This document shows, piece after piece, positions 11,801 through 22,399 of a stretch of DNA of 64,000 nucleotides; the first letter of the stretch is position 1, and each line of letters starts with the position of its first letter. The translations under genes and the position numbers were made by a program. Location of the stretch: contig JBHGNT010000005.1 of NCBI GenBank assembly GCA_043228905.1, forward strand, positions 5,456,001 through 5,520,000, written 5' to 3'. A model generated the notes under the pieces. It was given only the letters and a program-made list of their open reading frames with translations. It made no database searches and was not told the origin of the DNA. This DNA comes from Azolla caroliniana (lineage: Eukaryota; Plantae; Polypodiophyta).

Positions 11801-14800
11801 AACACCAGTTTTCAAAATAACTTACAGCAGTGCTCTCATCTAGCATCTCTCTGCTCCTCAAATAACTTGAAAATTCACCTCTACATGGAAAACATAAACG
11901 GTTGGATTCTTTGATATAAGAAGTATGTATAGTTCTATGAAACCATCAACAGTACACATTCAGCTAAGAAGATGGATCTTAGTTAAAAGTAAATAAGCAT
12001 TTACACATGACGTCTAATGCCTTACCCACTAACATACTCCAATATCAAATATACACACTTATCATCTTTGCAATAACCAAGCAAATTCACAATGAAAGGG
12101 AACTCGATCATCTTAAGGATTTCCTTCTCAGCTTTAACATGATCCAACTGTAAACATGAACTTCAGACACACAATCATTAAAAATGAACCATGACCCAAG
12201 GCAATGTTCAAACACACTACCATAATATTGAGTGTTACTAGATGTAGGTGTCCATTCCTTTTACAATGCATCAAAGATGTAATGAAAAGATCACTAAACC
12301 ATACATGGGTCAGTCAATTCACAATGTTTAGCATATACCAACAACTTGACATATCCATACATGAGAAAACTAAACATATGAGCTATGTATCCATGATTGT
12401 GAAATGTATTTATATAATGTGTGTGTGCTTGTGTGGATGCATATACTAGGAAAAACCTTTAATACATTAAATAATCATAAAATTATGAAACAAAAATGCG
12501 TTGGACGACAAGAAAGCATAGAAAAGCTTCATATCGAGGACTTAATTGGCTTCTTGGACCCTCATATAAACCTTCAAACCAACTATAAATTAATTATATT
12601 ATTGGATACTTACTTGTTTAGTGTTCAAAATGATGGCTTTTGATAAACACTTCACCGCACATATAATATTTGATTTGATGTGTCTGGCAATAAATACTTG
12701 TCCAAAATTACCAGCACCAAGGATTTGTCCAAGCTCAAAATCTTCAATCTCACAGTTCTCAAACCAAATCTGCAACGGCATAGCTAAAAACTCGCAAAAA
12801 TGTGAAGGCAACAATAATATAATGCAATAAAAACTTCAGAAAATGCCTTCTTTGGTCGATCTTAAAAAAGTATTCTAAAGTAAATGCAATAAACATTTTT
12901 ATATGGTCGTCAAAACTGTAAATCTACAAATATCGATTTTAAGAATTTCTAATTGGCATAAAATTAAGCTATTGGAACACATCATAGAAGAAATCACCAA
13001 GGAACTGCTTTGAAACTAAAAATCTGATGAGAGATGTTCAACTTCACACAAGTATAGCATATCAAACATCATTGCATTGTATTATATTAGTGTACAGTAC
13101 AAATGTTACAAGGGTACAAAGCATCAGCCAAAACAAAGAAGCACTTAGCTAAAATTCTTCATTTTGACTCCTAAAGACTATATAAGGCCAACATAAAGTA
13201 GTTTGTAGAGACCTTTTTCCCAAGCTGTAATTTCCAACATTGTTTCTAAATCCACCTCATGACAAGTCGATTTCCAAGAGTTTGAAGCCATTACATGGAT
13301 ATAGTGTCAATTAGATATCATTCATGTCTAAGTTCAACCAAATGAATAATACCTTGTATCACATAAACTACAAAACACTAGTTGATAACCCGAGACAATT
13401 TGACCACAGTAGCTTTCCATCACACCAGTTTATGCTACAGTCATAACAACCTCTTAGTTCACTTTCATCTATCATATGGAAACATCAAAATACATCTTAA
13501 GACATTTTTTCACTGTGACACTCCAAAACGGCAGATTACTGCACTGGCATTGTGAGCTTCTAGAATAAAACGTGGAATATTAAGTTTATCTCAGGAAAGA
13601 TGACTAAATTTTTTTTTTGTGATACGGCGGCTATCATGACAATTTTTTGGGGTAACACAATGTATTCAAGCTAAATCCTATTAGTAAGCTAGCTTTTATC
13701 AAACGGAACACTAAGACTCAAATATCACTAAGGTTTTCGATGAATAACCTTTGGGTGTATCCATTGAACAACCTTACTAACTAAGCTACATACACTCACT
13801 CTCTCTCTCTCTCTCTCTCTCTGACACAATCCCTGCCATTGGTTACATTTGATTATGCTTTCCACATATCTTTGAACAAACTCAATCCTTGCATGAACTT
13901 CTCTCGCAATGACAATGTACATTAACTGCGACATTTATTTATAACGTTCTTGAAATTTCACATGTATTACGTGAAAAATGTTATATTTTTGGTTTTGTAG
14001 GTCATACTTGATCTCTGAAGACGATAATAAATCTATATATCTAAATTTTAAAATGATGTATAAACGGGCCCACCAGCATTGTACTATAGACCTCAATAGT
14101 CCATTTGTACCATACACCTCGAGATACCTGATGTAGTCAAACACAACCTTATATGATGGGGACTTGGGAGAGTAAATCTTCTGGAGCGAAAACTTACTCA
14201 AGGGGTAATAAAAGTTCCCTAGTTGCAATGCCGAAAGTTGCAACATAAAAACCCGAATGGCTCTAGCAATTAGGCATGTAACCTTAGGTATTCCCATTCG
14301 AAATGTGTCGGTGTTATAAAGTTACTTCCTGTCAAAGAAACAATTTTGCATGATATGGAAACAGAGATTGTCATCCTTGTCCAACACTCTAACCCGCCAT
14401 CATACACATAAGCTAATGTGCCATGTAAACAATGACTTCACCACTAACCAACTCCTATCTTCGAGCAACTTATGATGGACATCATTGACGTGCATTGCGA
14501 GTACTGATTTTTTTGTTTATGATCATATCCAGGAAGTAAATGAAATCTGGTTTGCATAGTCCTGAAGGCCATAATTTGACTGTGTAGCACTAAAATAAAA
14601 TCAAAACTGAGAGTTTCTTTTCCATCCCAATGCAGGAGTCAAGATGTATGTATGTCTATCTGTCTGTCTGTATCCGTCTATGTCTCTCTGTGTGGCGTTC
14701 CTCTGTGTACGCGCAGAATGAAAAGGCAAAAGAATGATGATTGAGAGTTAGAATGGTAGCGGCACCTTAGAGTAGGCATGAGAGAGGGGAGGTTCAATCG

Positions 14801-14858
14801 GATGGGCGGGGGCGGCCTTCTGCTTCTTGGTGAAGATGCGCAGGATCATGGGGGACAT
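8831..14858 (-). CDS. PKA-C: cAMP-dependent protein kinase (PKA) catalytic subunit, 12 exons, 354 aa
   Basis: Exons 14858-14766, 12769-12614, 12147-12026, 11880-11826, 11689-11615, 11504-11411, 11289-11226, 10181-10120, 9988-9922, 9839-9792, 9578-9461, 8941-8831. All introns GT-AG with consistent phases; 1065 nt open. Motifs [35 protein letters not shown], and a terminal FVNF* like the PKA FxxF end. Exon 1 is the least certain. Confidence 0.93.
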
Positions 14859-15059
14859 TGGCAGGCCACGACGAGGTCAAAAAAGGAGGAATGTCGAAGA
14901 TGAAGGAATAAGAAGAAGAGAAGGCTTGATTACAGGGAGGAGAGGGAGGGTTCGCTGTGTCTGTGTGTTCTACCCCTGTTTCGCTTCGCAGCAGGAGCAG
15001 GAGCAGGAGCAGGAGCAGCAGGGGAAGAGGAGAGGAGGCAGGCAGCAACGAAGAGATGT

Positions 15060-15095
<36 letters not shown>

Positions 15096-15096
15096 A

Positions 15097-15368
15097 GCCA
15101 AAGAAAGGATGGGTGGACGGACATTTTTGGAGACAAGCTAAATTTTGGGAATGGGTGGACATATTTGGAGCCAATTTTGGTTCGGTTGCCAAAGAAAGGA
15201 TGGGTGGACGGACATATTTGGAGACAAGCTAAATTTTGGGGATGGGTGGACATATTTGGAGACGATTTTGGTTTGGTGGCCGAAGAAAGGTTGGGTGGAC
15301 GGACATATTTGGAGACAAGCTAAATTTTGGGGATGGGTGGACATATTTGGAGACGATTTTGGTTTGGG
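15097..15368. repeat. Tandem repeat, about 3 x 91 bp with internal half-repeats
   Basis: Units start near 15097, 15188 and 15279 (gcc(a/g)aagaaagg(a/t)tgggtggacggacat...gagacaagctaaattttggg...). Confidence 0.92.
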
Positions 15369-15671
15369 CCCATTTGATCTCCTCGATAAATCTGACGATG
15401 AATCATATCATATATCATTTGTGTCTGTTGTCTCTCTCTTTGGTCAGACTCAACCCTTCCTTCTTGTGTTGTGCCACCACGTCCGAACCTTTTGGTTGGC
15501 CCAATCCTCATGAGACCCAAGAACTTGTCCGGACCACGTTTTCTCTTCTTCAAATCTCGACTCGTCCAATTCACCCTAATGGCAAGCTATCAATTAGGCT
15601 TTTTAACAACACCCACCATCATGTCGCCTATGTTCACAACCCTAACTTTCACGCATCCTTCTTATCTTCTC

Positions 15672-15860
15672 TCGCTCTCTCTCTTTCTGTGTAAAAGCAC
15701 ACAATTATATTGATTGTATGTAGGGAGAGGGACATAGCCGCTAGAAAACCATAATATGCACTTGAGGAAATGATCCCCACAACATCAAGAAATTCCACAT
15801 AAGAGTACCTTTCAACTTCTCCATATAGGCTTTCACCCCATGTCTACTATCAAACATCAA
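15672..15860 (-). mobile_element. 3' end fragment of the (GA)n-associated LINE
   Basis: Reverse complement matches 27855-28095 (HGVKAYMEKLKGTLMWNF) and ends in GA repeats. Confidence 0.75.
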
Positions 15861-16709
15861 ACAGGAAAGTCTACATGCCGCTTTAGCCAAATGGTTTAGG
15901 CTTGAGTTGAGCCGTTGCCGATCCCTAGTACTTACGTTCATTAGCAAAGTACTTGAACATCAAAGTCCACCACTCAAATCTACGTGAACATAGTTCACAT
16001 TCGATCTCCTTTGGTCATAATATACTTGACCATTGAAAACGACAATAAAAATATCCCAACATGGATGATAACGAGCGAACTACAAAAACCTCTGCATCTC
16101 GTGGAGTGATGAGAAACCAGGTGGGGGGGGGGGGGGGTGACATGGGGAAGATATATATATGCAAGGATGTGTTAGATAGATGGCACGAAGGCGAAGACGT
16201 CGACAATCGCTCTAAAGAACGCGATACCGGTGGGTCTCTCTGGAAAGGGGAGCAGGCGAGAGAGGGGGCTATATAGAAAGATGGATGTTGCGATCAGCCT
16301 AGGGTGACACATGACGTCACAGCTACATCGATATATATGCATGCATGCATGCATGTATGCATGCATGCATGCATGTATGTATGCATGTGAGTGTGTATGT
16401 ATGTATGTATGTATGTATATACTACGAAGTAAAAAAGAATGCTTTCCATTGTAGAGCTACAAATAAACAATGAAATAGGGAGGGGTATTTTTGTGAATAT
16501 GTATAAAGTTAATTATTATGGCCGTTTGAGAGAAAAGGCCCACGTTCTCTGCAACGTCCCTTTTTTCCTGCTCCTGAAAAACCCAACGACAGACAGAGAG
16601 AAAGAGCAGGGGAGACAGAAACACAGAAAGAAACACAAAAGAAGAAGAAGAAGAAGAAGAAGAAGAAGAAGAAGAGGAAGGAATCGCAGCTACAGACAGT
16701 AGTTTCGAC

Positions 16710-18307
16710 ATGGCGAGTATCGTCATAGGCAAGCGCCAGCGTTGGCACAAGCTTTGCGTTGATGATGATGGCCCCGAGAAAAGGCCCAAAAACGAAGAAG
16801 ACACAACTCACCTCCTCCAGAACCATACTACTAACCCTAACCCTAACCCTAACCCTAACCCTGTCCCTAACCCTAAATCGAAAGCTAACCCCAAACTCAA
16901 AACTTCCCGTGAATCTCACCCTGACCTTAGTCTTGTGGCCCATCCTTCTCCTCCCCGACCTCCTCCCCGTCTTGTTCGGAGACCAGAAGAATGGGAAACC
17001 GACATGATTTCCTACCTTGCTGCAAGCAGGTTGTGCAGAGAAGAAGCCATGGCTTGTTCCGTGTTATCAGATCAAATTCCGCTTGATTTGAGTCTCGTCA
17101 ACAAGAAGAGGAGCAAGAAGAACAAGATGATGACAAAGAGAAAGACGAGCATTCCCTCATGTCCATGTCCATGTCCATCTTCCTCTTCCTCCTCTTCTTC
17201 GTCTCGTCTTTCTTCGTCTTCATCATCATCATCATCTTCTTCGTCATCATCTAAATCTTTGAATTTGAGTAGATCATGGGGAGGAAATCTCAAGAAGATT
17301 CTTTGCAAACAATTCATGCCATTCTCAACCAGCAATAGCGTGTCGAGGATCCTTCAAGCTAGAAACAATGTAAGTAGACTCCATGAAAATCTCTCCTTTT
17401 TAATCATTGATTATATATGTTTGTTTGCTACAACAATAGTATCATAACAAAAATGACCAAGAAAGGGTGCAAAATGGTTAGAGAGTTATAGGGTCGAAGA
17501 GATGATTTAGTAGTGATTGGAAACTTGAGTTCTATGAATACTTAAAGAAAAATGGCCAAAGAAGATGAAATAGTTTGTAGGGACATATGGAGTAGGTTTA
17601 AGAGATAAGTGTTACTAAATTTAGCAATCTATCTATCTGTATCTATGTCTTTAGATAATACAGGCTCTTCCTACATGCTTAGACTGATGTTTTGCATCCG
17701 GTATACTTCTAAGAAATTAGTCTCACTAATTATAGAATGATGTGTCTATCTATCTATCTATCTATCTATAGACAACACATTCTTGATATATTGTTAGAAT
17801 GAGGAGCAAAAGACACATGACATAATTGTATCTGATAAATTTAGGTTTTGGAAAGGAGAGAGTGTCCAAAAAACAAGGGATATTTTCTAGGAATAATGCC
17901 CTAAAAAGGACATAATCTAGGAACAATGTCCAAAAAACAGGGACCTAATTTAGGTATGATGCCCCCTCCCTCAAGAAGACATAAAGCACGGATATTGGGA
18001 TAGTTTTTAAATGGTAGAAGAGTAATTTGTTATGTATAGATATTCGAAAAGAGAAAGTATAGATTGAAGAGATTCGTTAGTACTATCTCCAAAAAATATT
18101 ATAATTTCGGAAATCTGTCCGGAAAAGGGCATAATACATGATAGAGAAGCTGTTTCTATGCATTGAATGCAGGTGTTGGAGATTAGGAAAATGGATGGTC
18201 ACACACTACCTCTCATCATGGAAGAAGGAGGTCCAAAGAAGAAACTTATGGATAGAAACATTAAGCCTAGCGATCCTTATGGTGATGAGAACAAGCCAAT
18301 GGCTTAA
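16710..18307 (+). CDS. Uncharacterised low-complexity nuclear protein with PLDLSL (EAR/PxDLS-like) motif, about 264 aa, 2 exons
   Basis: Exon 1 16710-17369 ends at AAT|gtaagt; exon 2 18173-18307 follows tgcag and is in frame to TAA. Basic NLS-like clusters, (PN)n and poly-Ser; upstream (GAA)n leader. No recognised domain. Confidence 0.6.
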
Positions 18308-20776
18308 CTATTCTTGATGTGAATAGAAACAGAATAGAAGAATGATATAAATTCTATTCTTTCCTATTCACCAAGGAATAAATTGTGTTTGTATATTATT
18401 GATTATTCTTTTTGGGGCATCTCAATAACTGAAATTAGTAGTCTCTAAAGAGAGTTGTTTATCAGTAAGAGAGCTATATATATATATACCATTACTGAGG
18501 TCCTTATACGAATCAATTGATGTCCACCTATTGTGATAACGTGTTATGGTTTATGATCCATTGCATTGTTATGCTCTTTTTCTACAATAATTGGAATGAT
18601 CATTCTTTGCTAGCATATCCAAATTCTAGATATTATGTGCATTTTGTGTTTCAGTACACTCGCTCTTTTCATTCCCATTTTATTATATGACATTTAAACT
18701 TTGATGGAACGGTAGATAGAAGTTGGATGTATTTGGTTTTTTTTAATGTGAATCGTTGAAATATAAACTTCAAAGGATGAGGGATCTTCTTCTATCTATG
18801 AAAGGTTTGCTAATATGTCAGTAAAAAATATTCTTGCATATACTTCGATCGGTGACGGTTCATAAAATATGGCTTACGAGTTTAAACGGTTTGGTCCGGT
18901 TTGAGGGTTCAACAATATGGTTTTTGAACCTTTATCGTTTTGTGGGTTAAACGGTTTTGAATGGCAAGATAAAAGGACTAAGAGGCTAAATGGTTTAAAT
19001 AGCTCAATATTTTAGTGTTATGACACTTTCTTGAATATTAAATTTTAATCATTATTGAACAATTCTTATAAGGATTGTCTTTGTGATTCCATACAGGATA
19101 GGAGGTGAAAACTCATAGAAGTGTTAGCGTTAGAATTAAGTGATTATTAACATATATATATTATAATCTTTGAAAATTTTGAGTACACTATCATCAATCC
19201 TTCAATAATTTGATTTATGTCAAAACCAAAACCGAACTGTGAAACTGCAACTTAATGATCTACTAAAGGATAAGTTCAAGTTGTAAAAACAAGTGGAGAA
19301 ATGAGCTTTGAGCAATGAAAACATTCAAAAAGAAGTAAAAGATAAAGAGAGAACATTCAAAAAGAGTTTTTAATTAGTTAATTATTTTGATCCCTTTAAA
19401 GTTTAAGTAGCACAATGCTGAGTTTTAGCATTATAAAAGAACAATAATTTCGACTTAAAAAAACTGTCATTTCTTGCAGCAACAATGTGTCATGTTGTTG
19501 GGAATGTTCCTATTCTAGTATGTTTGCACCCTTAGATTTCAACAAGCTCAAGTTGTGATATGTGAAGAACAACCTCCACATTATAGAACCCATTGTAGAG
19601 TTCTCTATTGTGTTTCTAACTATTGAGCTAATGTACAAAATAACTGACAATTGGGTGAAGCTCAATGGGAATTGAGACAATGCATTACGATGCTCCTGAT
19701 CATCATTTTATGTAGAAGTTTGCAAATCTTGATTGTTAATGTAGTGATACTAGGTATCAATCACGATTAGGGAGGTACATGATGGAAAGGCAAAATACCA
19801 TCATGGTTTCATATTGTAAGAAACAAGAATTTTGTTTTCGAAGATTTGTTTTACAATGAAAAGTCATTTCTTCCAACCAACGTAGATATTGGTAGGCTTT
19901 CAATCTTTTGAACATTAACAAGCACAAGTTGTGATATGTCAAGAACAACATGCACATTATAGAACCCATTATATCACTTGTATCACTCGTGGTGCTCAAC
20001 TCATTACATTAACTTACTAGGCTAACATTGAGGGTTATGGTGATCTACAAAAAGCCTTAAGAAATTGTCACTTCCCCGTGCTATTAAATTTTCTTTTCTT
20101 CTTCTTTTTGGAAAAACTAAAGTTTCTTTGATCTCATACATTTTTTATACTGAACATGACTAAGGGGGTTGTGCTCTAGAACTGTATAAGTTCAACCTTT
20201 TACACAACCAACTCATTTATTCATCTCGTTCCATCATCAATTGTTGTGGGCATGGGCAGGAGACCATTTCTATTTTTAGTTGCACAATTAAATGGCTCAA
20301 ATATGTAAGGAGGAAGCCCAAATTACATATCAACAAATGCATACCACGTAAAAATCTGAGTGGTTATATCAATCCTTTTGGGCATTTAATGTATGTAATT
20401 AGTCTACTCTTTTCTTCGAAAGCAGAACTACAAATGGATGAATTCGTACATTATCTCTTGAAGTAAAAAGCATACCATGTATTTGCATGTGCGCAATCTG
20501 TAAAGGACACATGTAGAGACTAACAAGGGCCTCTTTGTCGGTAATTATGTAGTACCATCAACATGCATACATGTGTACATGGTGGAGATATTAACATACC
20601 TCTTGAGGAGAAAATGAATATGACCTTTTTGAAGGTACACAAGCACTTATATGAATGTTTCCTTTGCAAGTACTAGACAATTGCAAATATATCTATATAC
20701 ATAATATTCTTGGCAAATCTTTATTTTTGATAAAGGAGAAAATGTTCATGATATGATCTATATTTGTTAGTATGTC

Positions 20777-21480
20777 CTTTTTTTTTCCAAAAAAAAAACT
20801 CCTTCCATTAGTTATAAAATTTTACAAACGAGATGATTATGTACAAATCCCTATAGGGACGCGAAAGTTTCATCTTATATGGATGCCCACTAACTCAAGA
20901 AAGGGAGAGGACGACCATTGTTGGATGAAGGCTATTCGTTGTCTTCAACTCCATCGGAGCCGCCCTTAAGGCCATCATATTGGCTCTTTAGAGTGGCTAC
21001 AATTTCACTCCATATTTCTTGTAGTAACCTTGTTGGATGTGCGGTTTGGTTGGAGAAAACTCGTTTACACCATTTTTTCCATAGAATCCAAAGAGTTATT
21101 GGGCTGACCAATTCCAACACAACTTGAGATTTGTCATTAAGAGGAGTTGAGTGGACATTGCTGCTAGTGGAGAAAAAAACCTCTTGTGCTTTTATCACCA
21201 AAGTCATCCCCTCCTCCTGATGCTTGTATATGCCAACTGGGCCTGCCATGATAGCCAACATATATTTCCCCACTTGATTGAGCCTTGCACATGGCATAAT
21301 TGCAACAAGCGACCAACCCCCCGCCATATTCGATGGGACGTTGAGCAGTCCCACAAAGCGTGTCGTATTGATTCTATTGCATGTGGGCACTCTACACAAT
21401 TAGGAGAGCTAAGGTTCCCACGTTGCCATACTCCCACCGGTATGGACTTATGTATTAATAGTCATTGGAACGCTTTCCCA
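20777..21480 (-). mobile_element. L1-like LINE 3' fragment (zf-RVT region and tail)
   Basis: CVECPHAIESIRHALWDC zinc finger, ITLWILWKKWCKRVF, and tail actaatggaaggagttttttttttggaaaa on the minus strand. Confidence 0.85.
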
Positions 21481-22399
21481 CATCGACTTTTGAGTATGAA
21501 AATTAATTATCAACAACTATAATATCCAAATCATCCATATTTCAATATTCGTTCAACATATCGTACCTTTGAGGTAAATTCAAAGTAATGAAACAAATGC
21601 ATGCTATGTTGAATAATGCTTGGAGTCTTAGTTAATTCAAGCACTATAATGACCTAGTTAATTCAAGCACTATAATGAACTAGTTAATTCAAGCACTGAA
21701 TGACCAATCCTCAATCTTTTCAATGCACAATAAAGTTGAGCATTTGAGTTCATGAGAGACATTATTGAGTAAAGTTTGTGAGACTAGTCCAGTTCCCATG
21801 GAACCATGTGTTTTGTTGGGAGAAAAGTTGGAAATATGTAATAATATGTTTGGTTTGATTTCATGGTCATGAGTGTGCATATGGCAAGAATGCCACTCCG
21901 GTGTACCATAATTTCCAAAATGCTTCTCAAGTTTACAAATTCCTCTACATCATTCCCAAGATGCCACAAACTCCATATTCAACATTACTCTATAGAGTCA
22001 TAACTCCATGCCTTCAAATAAATTGTTCTTGTCTTGCAACTTAGAATTACTTTTCAAATTTCCTAATATTCGAATCTCAACCTTATAGAAAAATGATGAT
22101 GAGTTGTGGATTAAGAAGCTAATTTTGTGAATATTAATTTATTTCAACTAAACTAATCTATTCAATACTTTCATAGCTAGTAGTATCCCACACTTAAATT
22201 TACTGTTGGCTCTTGATGGTTAGTGTGATTAGGCATCAATCCTTTGATGATATTTGGAATTTGTTGTAATTAGACGTGGATAAAGTATGGCATAGATAGA
22301 TTTTATTATTCTCCTCCTTACAAGTCAAATATGATCTATTGGACCACAAGAGAAAATTTTCACTAGTATAGTTGGAGTTAATGGCCCTCAATCTTTAAC

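Noticed and set aside
13213-13291. Possible alternative first exon of PKA (MASNSWKST...WEK)
   Set aside because: It ends in phase 1 while exon 2 needs phase 0; the joined frame stops immediately.
13935-14297. 120-aa ORF in PKA intron 1 as a nested gene
   Set aside because: Weakly resembles the LINE C-terminal region (VVFDYIRY vs IIFDLLRHW) and is followed by (GA)n; probably TE debris.
14794-15694. Several 100-150 aa ORFs upstream of PKA
   Set aside because: Produced by the 91-bp tandem repeat and (GA)n/(CAGGAG)n tracts; no domain content.
21628-21700. CRISPR-like short repeats (3 x 26 bp tagttaattcaagcact...)
   Set aside because: Head-to-tail minisatellite with no unique spacers, in a eukaryotic context with no cas genes.
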